Assembly (NCBI GenBank): GCA_050179755.1
Contig: JBFXEV010000001.1
Location: 1,417,994-1,481,993, forward strand
Source: Candidatus Babeliales bacterium
Lineage (GTDB): Bacteria; Babelota; Babeliae; Babelales; JBFXEV01
Direction: 5' to 3'
Length of the DNA: 64,000 nucleotides
The position numbers and the translations under genes are program-made. Below are positions 39,078 to 49,613 of the stretch, in pieces. Under the pieces are notes generated by a model, which saw nothing but the letters and a program-made list of their open reading frames with translations, was not told the origin of the DNA and searched no databases. Every line of letters starts with the position of its first letter. The stretch's first letter is position 1.

Positions 39078-39202
39078 TATTAAATAACAATATGAATGTG
39101 CAGTCTCAAAACAAAGTATAATAAAACTACCAAACTGGACATTTTTCTGTTTTCGCCTAAAACTATACATAGAACAACTATGCTTATTCAAGGAGAAAGT
39201 GT

Positions 39203-40570
39203 ATGGCAAAAGTAGTTATCATCGGCGCGGGCCTCACCGGTCTTTCCGCCGCATATCACCTAGAACAACGCGGTTTTACCGATTACAAATTATTTGAAAA
39301 AGAATCTGATGTTGGTGGTTTATGTAGATCAGTCTACCAAGATGGTTTTACTTTTGATTACACTGGCCATTTACTCCACGCAAGCGATGACTATTTTAGA
39401 GAACTCCTTGGCAATGTTGTTGGATTAAATAACTTTAATTCTATCACTCGCAGATCATACATTTATTCTCATGATACCTATACTAACTATCCTTACCAAG
39501 TAAATTTATACGGTTTGCCCACAGAAGTTATTGTTGAATGCATTGAAGGCTATGCACAGCGACCACAGAGCAAAAAAAATCCTAAAAATTTTTATGAATG
39601 GGCACACGTTAACTTTGGTGCGGGCATTGCAAAACATTTCTTTTACCCCTATCAAGAAAAAATATTTGCTTATGATATTAAACAAATAAGTACCTCTTGG
39701 ATGGGCAGGTTTGTGCCAAGCACGTCACTCAAGCAAATGATAGAAGGCGCCATAAAAGCCCCAGCAGATCAAAGTATTGGCTATAATGCAAACTTTTATT
39801 ACCCCAAATTTGGTGGCATACAGTTTTGGATAGAACAATTGGCTCACGCTGTATCGCAAGAAATTTATACTGAATGTACGGTCACTCAAGTTAACGTAAA
39901 AGAAAAATATGTAGAATTTGCAAACGGCCATCGTGAATATTATGAAACATTAATCACCACTATGCCACTTGATATATTGCTTAAGATGACTAAAGATGCA
40001 CCGGACACCAATTTGAATAAAGTTGCTGATAACCTTGATTGCAATTCTGTCATTAATTTAAACTGGGGATTCACAAGACCAGACATTTCACAAAAACATT
40101 GGATCTACTTTCCTGAAGAACACTATCCCTTTTACCGCATAGGATTCCCGCACAACTTTGCCGACAACATGGCACCACAAGGCTGCAGCTCGCTCTATGC
40201 AGAATTTGCACATGTTAAAAAATCACCGCGCTATATACAGCAAAAATTGCAAGCTACCAAAGACCAAATTAAAAAATTATTTAAGGTAACTAACCAAGAA
40301 ATAGCCACCGAAGCAGTGCTCAACATACAGCATGCCTATGTGCTGTATACACCATGGCGTGAAAAGAATTTAGCAAAATTACACAAGCGGCTTCAAGAAC
40401 ATGATATACATTCAGTTGGTCGTTATGGTGAATGGAAATATTCCAGCATGCAAGAAGCGGTACTTGATGGCAAAAAAGTAGCAGAGCATATTACAATTTT
40501 GCCGGCACAAAAAACATTCTATCAAAACATACCGGTACAAAAAAAATCTGGCAGCAAGGAGCTCCAATAA
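39203..40570 (+). CDS. FAD-dependent oxidoreductase (HemY/UDP-galactopyranose mutase-like)
   Basis: GAGLTG Rossmann motif, GGLCRS...GFTFDYTGH, GRYGEWKY. Confidence 0.8.
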   Translation: MAKVVIIGAGLTGLSAAYHLEQRGFTDYKLFEKESDVGGLCRSVYQDGFTFDYTGHLLHASDDYFRELLGNVVGLNNFNSITRRSYIYSHDTYTNYPYQVNLYGLPTEVIVECIEGYAQRPQSKKNPKNFYEWAHVNFGAGIAKHFFYPYQEKIFAYDIKQISTSWMGRFVPSTSLKQMIEGAIKAPADQSIGYNANFYYPKFGGIQFWIEQLAHAVSQEIYTECTVTQVNVKEKYVEFANGHREYYETLITTMPLDILLKMTKDAPDTNLNKVADNLDCNSVINLNWGFTRPDISQKHWIYFPEEHYPFYRIGFPHNFADNMAPQGCSSLYAEFAHVKKSPRYIQQKLQATKDQIKKLFKVTNQEIATEAVLNIQHAYVLYTPWREKNLAKLHKRLQEHDIHSVGRYGEWKYSSMQEAVLDGKKVAEHITILPAQKTFYQNIPVQKKSGSKELQ

Positions 40571-41469
40571 TGCATTTTTATCAAGGCAAACGCGCGCTGG
40601 TGACTGGCGGTGCAGGATTTATTGGATCGTATGTGGTAGAAGCATTGCTGCAAAAAGGCGCCTATGTAACTGTGCTTGATAATTTAAGTACTGGCGCATA
40701 TGAAAACATACAACCACATCGAAATAAAATTGCATTCATCACTGGCGATATAACTAATCTTGCCACATGCCTTTCTGCATCACGAGAAAAGGATATAGTT
40801 TTTCATTTGGCTGCAGACGTAAGCGTGCCCGCATCGCTTGAAGACCCTCAACATTGCTACCTCACTAACGTTATGGGAACTGCCAACATATTAGAAGCTG
40901 CTCGCAAGAATAAAATAAACCGCGTAGTATTCTCATCATCATCGGCAGTCTATGGCGTGCAAAAAGGCGCATGTTCTGAAACTGCTCCATGCAACCCCTC
41001 ATCACCTTATGGGCACAGTAAGTTACTGGGCGAAGAACTGTGCAAGCAGTATGCACAAACCCTTGGCGTAGGCACCGTATGCTTGCGTTATTTTAATGTC
41101 TATGGCGATCGGCAAAATCCCCAAGGTGCTTATGCAGCAGTTGTTGCAAAATTTAAAGATGCGATGCAAAAAAATCAGCCCATTACACTCTTTGGCGATG
41201 GATCACAAACACGAGATTTTATTAAAGTTGAAAATGTTGCGCAAGCAAACTTACAACTTGGTGCGTTACCCATAAGTGAACTCAATGGCCAAGTATTTAA
41301 TATTGGCACTGGCACCAGTATTACCATCAATGAATTATTTAAAAGGCTTAAAGTAGAGTTTCCTGACTATACACACGAACCATGCTATCAAGCAGCACGC
41401 GCAGGCGACATCCAGCATTCTACGGCAGATTGCACCAAATTTAAAAGCGTAGCTCAGCCAGACTTTTAA
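40570..41469 (+). CDS. NAD-dependent epimerase/dehydratase
   Basis: TGGAGFIG, SSSAVYG, YGHSK, LRYFNVYG; TAATG coupling to the upstream gene. Confidence 0.9.
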   Translation: MHFYQGKRALVTGGAGFIGSYVVEALLQKGAYVTVLDNLSTGAYENIQPHRNKIAFITGDITNLATCLSASREKDIVFHLAADVSVPASLEDPQHCYLTNVMGTANILEAARKNKINRVVFSSSSAVYGVQKGACSETAPCNPSSPYGHSKLLGEELCKQYAQTLGVGTVCLRYFNVYGDRQNPQGAYAAVVAKFKDAMQKNQPITLFGDGSQTRDFIKVENVAQANLQLGALPISELNGQVFNIGTGTSITINELFKRLKVEFPDYTHEPCYQAARAGDIQHSTADCTKFKSVAQPDF

Positions 41470-41572
41470 AAGTCCTTATAGTAAAGCAAAAAGCCTTGTG
41501 CTATACTATTTTTGTATAGTTATCCTTAATTTCTAAATATCACTGTATCTCACTTAACTATTTCAGGCATTA

Positions 41573-42721
41573 ATGGCACAAAAAGATTTCTACCAAGTCC
41601 TTGGCGTTTCAAAAACAGCAAGCCAAGACGAGATAAAAAAAGCATATCGCAAGCTCGCAATGCAATATCACCCTGACCGGAACCCCGGCAACAAAGAAGC
41701 TGAAGAAAAATTTAAAGAGGCTTCTGCTGCCTATCAAGTTCTGTCTGATGAAAATAAACGCCGACAATATGACCAGTTTGGCCATGCAGGCGTTGGCGGC
41801 CAGGGCGGCTTTAATGCCCAAGACATTAATATGGAAGATATATTCTCTAATTTTGGGGATATATTTGAGACTATGTTCGGTGGCGGCCCGCAACGAGGCC
41901 GTGGAGGCCCTCGAGCAGAACCAAGAAAAACGCAACCTACGCCACAACGTGGGCACGACTTAGGCCGTGAACTTTTAATAACGCTCAAAGAAGCATTTCT
42001 TGGCACCAAGCACGAAATGAGCTTTTATCATTTTGTAACATGCGAGGAATGTAATGGTAAAGGGCTTGAAAAAGGTACTACGTACCAAGTGTGTGAAACA
42101 TGCAAAGGTGCGGGCCAGCAATTATTCCGCCAAGGCTTTTTCACGGTAAGCCAACCATGCCCTACGTGCCGAGGCCAAGGCTATGTGATCCCTTCACCTT
42201 GCAAAGGGTGCAGTGGCGCATCACGCGTACAAAAATATGATAAATTTACCGTTACGATCCCTAAAGGAATTACCGATGGCACAGAACTGCGCATTGCAGG
42301 AAAAGGTGATGCTGGCGTGTTTGGCGGCCCTGCAGGCGATCTTTATATAACCATTCGCGTGTCTCAAGACAAAAAGTTCCAACGCGTTGGCAACGATTTG
42401 GCAACCACGCTCATGCTTACCTACCCACAATTAGTGCTAGGTGCTCAAATGGAAATTGAAAGTATTGATGGCACTAAGCATACCATTAAGATTCCAAAAG
42501 GAACGGCGGTTGGCAGTAAGATTACCGTTGCCGGCAAAGGGTTTAAAGACCTGCGCTCAAATGCAGTGGGTAATTTAGTTGTCACTACACAATGCCATAT
42601 ACCAACCAAGCTTTCTAGCGAAGCCAAAGATGCATTGACTAAATACTCAGAGCTTATTGGAACCGGCGTGACCGATGGTGATAATTCTATTATTGGTTTC
42701 TTTAAGAAATTTTTGGGATAG
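41573..42721 (+). CDS. dnaJ: Chaperone DnaJ
   Basis: HPD J-domain, G/F region, four CxxCxGxG-type repeats. Confidence 0.97.
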   Translation: MAQKDFYQVLGVSKTASQDEIKKAYRKLAMQYHPDRNPGNKEAEEKFKEASAAYQVLSDENKRRQYDQFGHAGVGGQGGFNAQDINMEDIFSNFGDIFETMFGGGPQRGRGGPRAEPRKTQPTPQRGHDLGRELLITLKEAFLGTKHEMSFYHFVTCEECNGKGLEKGTTYQVCETCKGAGQQLFRQGFFTVSQPCPTCRGQGYVIPSPCKGCSGASRVQKYDKFTVTIPKGITDGTELRIAGKGDAGVFGGPAGDLYITIRVSQDKKFQRVGNDLATTLMLTYPQLVLGAQMEIESIDGTKHTIKIPKGTAVGSKITVAGKGFKDLRSNAVGNLVVTTQCHIPTKLSSEAKDALTKYSELIGTGVTDGDNSIIGFFKKFLG

Positions 42722-42744
42722 ATTAGATTTGTAAACAAAAGAAA

Positions 42745-42775
42745 AACCCCGGTACCTTAGTGGTAAACCGGGGTT
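42745..42775. terminator. Bidirectional terminator
   Basis: AACCCCGGT/ACCGGGGTT stem flanked by A- and T-runs between convergent genes. Confidence 0.7.
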
Positions 42776-42797
42776 AATTTTTTATAAATAGTGAAAA

Positions 42798-43640
42798 TTA
42801 TTTTCCACTAACCTGATCTTCTTCTAGCAGTTGAACTATTGTATTATCTTGTCTGGCTGCAATAAGCTGCGGATTACGTGCTTGTAGCTGCGCAAGAAGT
42901 TGCCTTACTCGTTCTTCAATTTCTTCAGTATTTTCACCACACTGACGTAATTGCTCCAGCAAGCTTTGCAAATCAGCTTTTGCAGAACCCATGTTACTTA
43001 AAAGAATAGCCGATAACTTAGTAGTTGCGCCTTGCCTTGCTACTATAACATCGGCAGAATGTTGTATTTCATTAATGCCTTGTGCTTCTTGTTGCGCTGT
43101 TTGTGCTGCATTAGACATTGCCGTCTTCAGTGCACCAAATATTGCAGATTGTTGTAAACCTAAAGCTTCTGCATTCACCAATAGGGCATAAAAAGTTTCT
43201 TGCGTTGCATTAAGATTACCTTGAGCTTTACCAATTACTGCAACAAGAGCTTCTTGGCGTTGGCCAAATTGATCGAAATTTTCTTGGGTGTCTCTATCAT
43301 GTACATCTTTTACTTCAACCACGCGCGCCATTTCAGCAGTGCGATGCTTACGCAAACGACCCGCCGTTGCATTAAGATCTCTTTGGCTTGCAAATAAATA
43401 TTTGCTTATAACAATACCACCAACTACTGCTCCAATAACTAACGTTGATTTAGGGTGGTCCCATGCAGTTTCAACTACCATAAGACTAGCATCTTTAATT
43501 TTAGCAAGTGCATAACGCGGATAAGAAACAACCGTTTTTGGCTCATTATCTAAGTCATCCATAGCACATGTCATTGCTGGCATGGCTACAAAAGATAATA
43601 CAACGAACAATCTTAACATATATTTTTTCATAAATAACAT
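42798..43640 (-). CDS. Hypothetical secreted protein with a TM segment and long coiled coil
   Basis: GGAGG RBS; signal peptide ending ..TCA|MDD; TM LVIGAVVGGIVI; Gln/Ala-rich heptads. Confidence 0.7.
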   Translation of the reverse strand: MLFMKKYMLRLFVVLSFVAMPAMTCAMDDLDNEPKTVVSYPRYALAKIKDASLMVVETAWDHPKSTLVIGAVVGGIVISKYLFASQRDLNATAGRLRKHRTAEMARVVEVKDVHDRDTQENFDQFGQRQEALVAVIGKAQGNLNATQETFYALLVNAEALGLQQSAIFGALKTAMSNAAQTAQQEAQGINEIQHSADVIVARQGATTKLSAILLSNMGSAKADLQSLLEQLRQCGENTEEIEERVRQLLAQLQARNPQLIAARQDNTIVQLLEEDQVSGK

Positions 43641-43685
43641 TTTGAAACCTCCAATTACATTCCATTTAGTACTATTTTTAGAAAA

Positions 43686-44411
43686 TTAAATTTTAGTTTC
43701 TCGCACTTGCATATCACTGGAATTTGAATGTATGTTATAATTCACCGATGATAGCATTGTATTTGCAAAACCATTTTTCTTTGGCTGCAACATTTCTTTT
43801 ATGCGACTAATTCTTTCATCGCGAGCAAGAGATTGCTTTTTGTATGTTTCTATATTCGAATTAATTTCACGCATTTCTGCATCCATTAAACCAACTTTTT
43901 GATCAAGATCTATTGTCATTTCACCAAGACGCTGTATTTTTTCCATTAATGTCGCACGGGCAAAAGTTATTAGACCTAGCTCTAGCAACATTTCTTCTAA
44001 TGTTTTTTTGACTTTGGGCAATTCAGTTTCATGGTTTTGCTTAATTTCTTCCAACTGAGTCTTAAGTTTCCGTGTTTGCTCATTTAAACTTATTGCAGTG
44101 CCTTGCATCAAAGTAGCATTTTCTGCAAGAGTATCTTGTCTTTTATTTATAGCAGTAAATTTAGCATTAATTTCTTGTTTACTTTGATTTTCACGCGCAA
44201 TCAAAGCATCAGCTGCCTGAGTCGTTTCTAATTTTTCTTTTTTTTCAAATTCAGCAAGTCCAGCTTTTGTGATAGGGCAAAATGACCAGAGGTAAGAAGC
44301 TGCAGAATATAAAGGAGCTGTAAACAAGCTAGACCAAGCCGCTTGAGCAGGTAACGCATAGCTCCCCGCAAAAAGCAGGGTAAATGCCAAAATATAATGA
44401 TTAATTTTCAT
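43686..44411 (-). CDS. Hypothetical secreted coiled-coil protein
   Basis: AAGGA RBS; signal peptide ending AQA; long heptad region. Confidence 0.7.
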   Translation of the reverse strand: MKINHYILAFTLLFAGSYALPAQAAWSSLFTAPLYSAASYLWSFCPITKAGLAEFEKKEKLETTQAADALIARENQSKQEINAKFTAINKRQDTLAENATLMQGTAISLNEQTRKLKTQLEEIKQNHETELPKVKKTLEEMLLELGLITFARATLMEKIQRLGEMTIDLDQKVGLMDAEMREINSNIETYKKQSLARDERISRIKEMLQPKKNGFANTMLSSVNYNIHSNSSDMQVRETKI

Positions 44412-44483
44412 CTTGATATCCTTTGGGATAAGACCTTCCATTCGAATCTAGCATACCAGGAAAAATACAGTTAGTCAAATCAA

Positions 44484-45608
44484 TTAAAAACCAACAATCC
44501 TTTTCTTAAAGCTTTTCTGCGATCCAGGCTGATGCCTACCCCTGCCAGTGCCCATATGCTCTATAACCTGATAAAAATAGTCCCTATCGGCCCCTTTTAC
44601 CACGGCCTGCTCATGAGCTTCAGCAATAACTACAGGATACCCCCTGCCTTTACGAGCCTGGTCTGCTATAATACTTGCCACCAGGTCCACAAATTCTTTT
44701 TGCTGGGCTATCCAGGCCACTATCTCTACACGGGCAATTTCTTCCCCCATGTGCATATAAAAGAAATAAGGCCTTAAATGTTCAGGATATACTCCACAAA
44801 TAGGCGTATTGCTTTGAAATACGATCGTGCGCTCAAAAGGCTGTAAAAAGCCTGCGACAAGCGTGCTATCCACCACATGATCAATATCGCTGAGCGCTAA
44901 CGCATCTTGAGCATTAAAATTAGCCATTTTCAAGCGAACCAAGCTTACAAGCTCTTTAGAACGCGGCAAACTAATATACCCTGTAAGCAGCGTTTGTTCT
45001 TTATACAGATCTTCAAACACTGCAATATGCTGCGCTGCATACTGTTCCTTAATTTCAGCTTCTTTTGCTGCCAAATGCCAAAATATAAGCGAGCCATCAA
45101 AGAGCAAAAGCATTGGAATAGCATTATGTTGTTGTTTATAAAATGCACAAAGTTCTTTGCCATGGGTAAATTCATGCGCCTGGCGCAGGCAGTTGACCGT
45201 ATCGCGCGACAAGTCCGGCATATCTTCATTTTGCTGACCAGTAAACACAAGAGGCAGTGAGCTTAACGCGATAGTTGATTCTTTGCCATAGACAATTGCC
45301 ACGGTGCCGATATTAATAAGAAAGCATGAAGTGCCTTGGTGGCGATCAGGATATACTTGAGAGCCGTCTACTGATAAGGCAGCATAATGCTCAATGGTAG
45401 GCTGCACGGGATAAACGGTGCCAAGATCTTCAAACCATGAGGGCGGATATAATGGACTGCCACTTTTTCTTACTTTTGGCTGAAAAAGCGGATCTTTTAT
45501 AATCTCTTGCCAAACAGCTCGAGCTTTTAAAATTTCGTGACTTGTATCAAAGAACAGCTCATTCTCAACTTGCTCTAATGCTTTAAAGAGTTTTGCCCTA
45601 TCTAACAT
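44484..45608 (-). CDS. nurA: NurA-family nuclease
   Basis: SVDGSQ.YPDRH, LLFDGSL, GYPVVIAEAHEQAVV. Confidence 0.85.
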   Translation of the reverse strand: MLDRAKLFKALEQVENELFFDTSHEILKARAVWQEIIKDPLFQPKVRKSGSPLYPPSWFEDLGTVYPVQPTIEHYAALSVDGSQVYPDRHQGTSCFLINIGTVAIVYGKESTIALSSLPLVFTGQQNEDMPDLSRDTVNCLRQAHEFTHGKELCAFYKQQHNAIPMLLLFDGSLIFWHLAAKEAEIKEQYAAQHIAVFEDLYKEQTLLTGYISLPRSKELVSLVRLKMANFNAQDALALSDIDHVVDSTLVAGFLQPFERTIVFQSNTPICGVYPEHLRPYFFYMHMGEEIARVEIVAWIAQQKEFVDLVASIIADQARKGRGYPVVIAEAHEQAVVKGADRDYFYQVIEHMGTGRGRHQPGSQKSFKKRIVGF

Positions 45609-45714
45609 CGCTCATCCTGAGTAGTCCGTCGTGTATGAAGTGCATAATAAGTTTCTCGATAATAAATAGAGTATCGGTAAAAGGTCAAATGACGGATATA
45701 TCGAAGGGTTGAGC
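45609..45714 (+). repeat. Third copy of the CGCTCATCCTGAG...TATCGAAGG palindromic repeat, with an expanded loop
   Basis: CGCTCATCCTGAGTAG-TCCGTC...GACGGA-TATATCGAAGGGTTGAGC. Confidence 0.65.
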
Positions 45715-45724
45715 ATTAATACCC

Positions 45725-46108
45725 CTAATTCTTTTTAGCAGCACACTGATAAATGCCCTTTTGCAACGCTTCAAGCGGCAGCAAAGCGCATTTAAGCCGC
45801 ACCGGGCCAAGTTCTACACCGATTAGTTTTTGCATAGCATCTGCATTAAGCGCAAGCAAATCAGCACATGATTTATTTAAAGCATACTCATAGAGCAATG
45901 AGGCTGCTGCTTGGCTGATCACGCAGCCTGAACCTTCAAAGCCGAGCTGCACTATTTTTCCGTCCGCAATTTTGCCCGAAAGCGTCACTCTATCCCCACA
46001 GGAAGGATTAAGTTCGTCAGTGAGAAAATCAGGATCAGACACTAATCCTTTATTACGGGGATTACGGTAATGATCAAGTAATTGTGCTTGATAGACAGCT
46101 TGTAACAT
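45725..46108 (-). CDS. SufU/IscU-family Fe-S scaffold protein
   Basis: LDHYRNPRNKG, NPSCGD, GSGCVISQAAAS, RLKCALL. Confidence 0.9.
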   Translation of the reverse strand: MLQAVYQAQLLDHYRNPRNKGLVSDPDFLTDELNPSCGDRVTLSGKIADGKIVQLGFEGSGCVISQAAASLLYEYALNKSCADLLALNADAMQKLIGVELGPVRLKCALLPLEALQKGIYQCAAKKN

Positions 46109-46246
46109 AGTTTTTACCTCTTGAAATACTATACCGTAATTGACCAGACTGAGCAACAAAGCGCTCTCAATCGCAAAACTCTTTTTTTCTCTCCTTCAAA
46201 TATGCTAAATTAGGTATGCTTAACCTTAACAAAAGGAGGGGAAAGT

Positions 46247-47134
46247 ATGAAAACAATACTAATGTCGATCATAATTACCATATGTCTATTATTAAGTTCA
46301 CTCAAAGCAATGGACGCAAAGCGACACGTACTAGTGCCACTGGACGGCTTTCTTTTTCAAGTAAATACCGCAGCAGCAATTTCAGAATTAGGTGTTGCAG
46401 GAGCAGTTTCAGCAGCATGGACGGCAGGATGGCGCAGCAGCTTTTCAAATATCTTAGGCGTAGCCAGTGGCAAAGGCCCCGATCAAAAAACGCTTGCTAC
46501 TAAATTGTTTGCTTTATTAAACACTATTGAATATCAACCATGTGTAGAGGCAAAGAGCGCTCCTGAAGTCTGTTGGCAAGGCCTTAAAACCCCTCATATT
46601 GTGGTGCATGGCTATTTGCAAGGCAATAATAGATGCTCTGATCTAATGCAAACAGTACTCTCACATATACAAAAAAATGCTGGTAGTGGAGAGCGAGCAA
46701 GTCTTGAAGCCTCCGCAAGAATTATGCTCGATCCTACAAAAAATGCCGCTACATTCACTCCAAACGCTGATGCCTTAAACATAGTTAAAGAACTTAAGGC
46801 GCGAGGCCATACTGTTCATGTTGTTGATAATTGGAATGGTGAGACATTCGATTGCCTTCTAGAATCGCACAAAACTTTGTTTGAAACTATTAATGGCAAA
46901 TTATTCGTCTCTGGCAAAGAAGGCGCCGTAAAATCTACTAAAACTACTGCACTTCTTGAATCTTTTCTTGAAAAAAATAATGGCATTAAACCCGAGCACT
47001 GTTTTTGTATTGAAACAGAGCCAAGTTATATTGCTCCATTAGAAAGTAAAAGACTTAAGCATGCCCTCTGCCAAGACGGCAATATTGCTGCACTGCGTGC
47101 GACATTGCAAAAGGTTGGGTTACTTGCAGAGTAA
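46247..47134 (+). CDS. Secreted protein with a degenerate HAD-like fold
   Basis: Signal peptide; HAD motif positions read LVPLDG, VHVVDNW, SGKEGAVK and CFCIET. Confidence 0.55.
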   Translation: MKTILMSIIITICLLLSSLKAMDAKRHVLVPLDGFLFQVNTAAAISELGVAGAVSAAWTAGWRSSFSNILGVASGKGPDQKTLATKLFALLNTIEYQPCVEAKSAPEVCWQGLKTPHIVVHGYLQGNNRCSDLMQTVLSHIQKNAGSGERASLEASARIMLDPTKNAATFTPNADALNIVKELKARGHTVHVVDNWNGETFDCLLESHKTLFETINGKLFVSGKEGAVKSTKTTALLESFLEKNNGIKPEHCFCIETEPSYIAPLESKRLKHALCQDGNIAALRATLQKVGLLAE

Positions 47135-47143
47135 GGAACTCCT

Positions 47144-48022
47144 ATGATCGCACCATGCCATTTGGCATTAGCGCTTGTTGCAGCACTTATGAGTGCAGGC
47201 ATTGCCATTGCAGGTAAATTTCTTGCTACTGATTTGCCTTCCGCAGACCTAACATTATTACGAGTAAGCCTTGCAAGTTTATGCTTTTTACCCTATGCAC
47301 GCACACTATCATTAAAAAAACTGACCAAAAAAGATTTTGGAGTTTTAGTACTTGCAGGATTCTTTGGCATTTTTCTTTCCAACGTATTGTACTTCCAAGG
47401 CCTTGCAATAAGTTCTGCTCTCCATGCAGCACTCATCAATGCTCTGACGCCTGGGCTTATGCTTATGTGCACGTGTTTTTATTTTAGAAAACTACCCACT
47501 CTTGAGCAAATGATTTCATTCTCTCTAGCCTTGCTTGGCGTATTGCTCATTACGATGGATGGCACATTTAATTGGGAAACATTATTTAATAGTACTGGTA
47601 ACTTATTAATGCTGCTTAGTATTCTTTGCTGGGTAGTGTATAGCATTTCTGCAAAACAAAAAAGTGAAACTCTTCCTTGCACTGCCTTTACCTTTGGTGC
47701 ACTTATTATCGGCACCTTATTGCTCGTTCCTATAACACTACAAGATAATAGCTTAACCACAACACTTACGCACTTAACCAACATGCAATGGCTTTTAATT
47801 GGTTATATTGCATTAATCGGAACTGGCTTAGGTTATTTTCTCTATGCAAAATCAATTGAGCAAATAGGCCCCGATATGGCAGCCTATATTATTTATAGCA
47901 TGACACCGGTTTGGGTAGTTATACTTACTTTTTTATTCTTTGATGACCCCATTACGCGTTGGGAACTTGCAGGATCACTTTGCATATTAGGCAGTTTAAT
48001 AATACATATTAAAGCAGCATAA
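47144..48022 (+). CDS. DMT/EamA-family transporter
   Basis: About 10 TM segments in two EamA repeats (GL..SSA.HAALI.ALTP; IGP..A......TPV). Confidence 0.9.
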   Translation: MIAPCHLALALVAALMSAGIAIAGKFLATDLPSADLTLLRVSLASLCFLPYARTLSLKKLTKKDFGVLVLAGFFGIFLSNVLYFQGLAISSALHAALINALTPGLMLMCTCFYFRKLPTLEQMISFSLALLGVLLITMDGTFNWETLFNSTGNLLMLLSILCWVVYSISAKQKSETLPCTAFTFGALIIGTLLLVPITLQDNSLTTTLTHLTNMQWLLIGYIALIGTGLGYFLYAKSIEQIGPDMAAYIIYSMTPVWVVILTFLFFDDPITRWELAGSLCILGSLIIHIKAA

Positions 48023-48024
48023 GA

Positions 48025-48822
48025 TTACACAGCGTCCAATCGCTTATAGGCATATCGTATTGCAAGAAAAGCAAACAAGGCACTTGCAAAGAGAATTCCG
48101 GTAATACTCACATAATATGGCATAAACGTATCACCACCAAGCATTGCTTTGCGCAATGCTTCAGTCAAATGCATCATAGGATTAAAAGCAACTAAGATGC
48201 CAAGCACAAGACTGTATTCTAAGAAAACAGAAAATGGCATACGAAGGCCGCCAAGCTGCAACATAGGAAAAATAAAACGATCAAATAAATTTCCAACCTG
48301 ATGCACTCCCTCGATATAGAAAATAAAAAACAAGGAAAACGCAGAAAAAAAGAGCATGCCAAGATACATAACCAACATGATTAACCACCACTGCGCATGT
48401 GCTGTTGCAAGATAGCTGCCAAGCAACCATTTGGCAATCACATAATATGGCCCTATAAATACAAAGGTGACAATCGAAAAAAAGAAAATACGTTCAAGAA
48501 TAATTAAAGACAGTGGCGCAAACGTCATTTGGTATTGCAGTAATTTAGTATGTTGTGTATCAAAAAACACTCCAAAGGCCAATCCAAGTGAAGGGGAAAT
48601 TAATACTTGCAAAAGCGAGCCCAAAAAGAATATAGTACCTGCCTCTGGGGTTGGATTGATCATGCCACTATTAGGCATCAAATAGCCATAATTGATTGAA
48701 TATACCAGCGGTGCCACAAGCATATAATTTATTGCAAACGATTTTATTTGTTTACGAAAAGCATATATATCACGGTATAATAATTGCCCAAAAATGCGCA
48801 CATACAACCAGATACTATTCAT
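48025..48822 (-). CDS. ABC-2 type permease
   Basis: Six TM segments; NPMMHLTEALRKAML. Confidence 0.8.
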   Translation of the reverse strand: MNSIWLYVRIFGQLLYRDIYAFRKQIKSFAINYMLVAPLVYSINYGYLMPNSGMINPTPEAGTIFFLGSLLQVLISPSLGLAFGVFFDTQHTKLLQYQMTFAPLSLIILERIFFFSIVTFVFIGPYYVIAKWLLGSYLATAHAQWWLIMLVMYLGMLFFSAFSLFFIFYIEGVHQVGNLFDRFIFPMLQLGGLRMPFSVFLEYSLVLGILVAFNPMMHLTEALRKAMLGGDTFMPYYVSITGILFASALFAFLAIRYAYKRLDAV

Positions 48823-49613
48823 ACTTGCCCCTCATCAATGCGACGCGCAATAGGCCCCATAACAACAAAAAGAAGAATCGTTGCCCAAATACCAAGCCCT
48901 AACATACAATAGCCAGCAGGAATAAACGTGCCACTGGAAAGTAACGTTGTGCGTAATCCTTCTGTCATATATACCACCGGACTTATTAAAAATATTCGGC
49001 CTATCATAGGGTTAAAGGCATATACTTTGTACCAAGAATATAAATTGCACCCTAATACAATAGAGGGAGTAAGTATACGCTGCCATAAATTAAAACGAAG
49101 CCAATCAAATGATGCTATAAAAATAAAGGATACAAATGCAACACTCAAAAACAGCAAGCTTAACAAAAGTACACCAATAAATGCAAACGGGTTAATGGCA
49201 GAAAATTGAATCTGTTCACTGCCTAGCACTATACGTGCAGTGAGAATTAAAGGAATTACACTCACAGCAATATACATCATATACCTAAGTATATATGAAA
49301 GAAGTAGCCCGCGTGTGGAAATAGGCAATAAGCGTCTGTAGTCAATAAAACGAGAAAATCGACGATCGTAACTATCGGCAATTGAAGCATTAAACCCACG
49401 ATTTAAATACACAGAGACCATGGCTCCAGTGACCACATCGGCAGAAATAGAAAACTCAAAACCCATTAAATATCCAAGCATACCCATGCCTAAATAGACT
49501 GAAAGAACTCGCAGCATTGCATTAATAATGGGATCGCGGGCATTTTTTTTTAGGATCATGCACTCACGCCTGAGCATAACTAGGATAACACGGAGAGTAT
49601 GTAGAAAATGCAT
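48819..49613 (-). CDS. ABC-2 type permease
   Basis: Six TM segments; SPVVYMTEGLRTTLL. Confidence 0.8.
   Translation of the reverse strand: MHFLHTLRVILVMLRRECMILKKNARDPIINAMLRVLSVYLGMGMLGYLMGFEFSISADVVTGAMVSVYLNRGFNASIADSYDRRFSRFIDYRRLLPISTRGLLLSYILRYMMYIAVSVIPLILTARIVLGSEQIQFSAINPFAFIGVLLLSLLFLSVAFVSFIFIASFDWLRFNLWQRILTPSIVLGCNLYSWYKVYAFNPMIGRIFLISPVVYMTEGLRTTLLSSGTFIPAGYCMLGLGIWATILLFVVMGPIARRIDEGQV

Noticed and set aside
41470..41572. CIRCE operator upstream of dnaJ
   Set aside because: No TTAGCACTC-N9-GAGTGCTAA match
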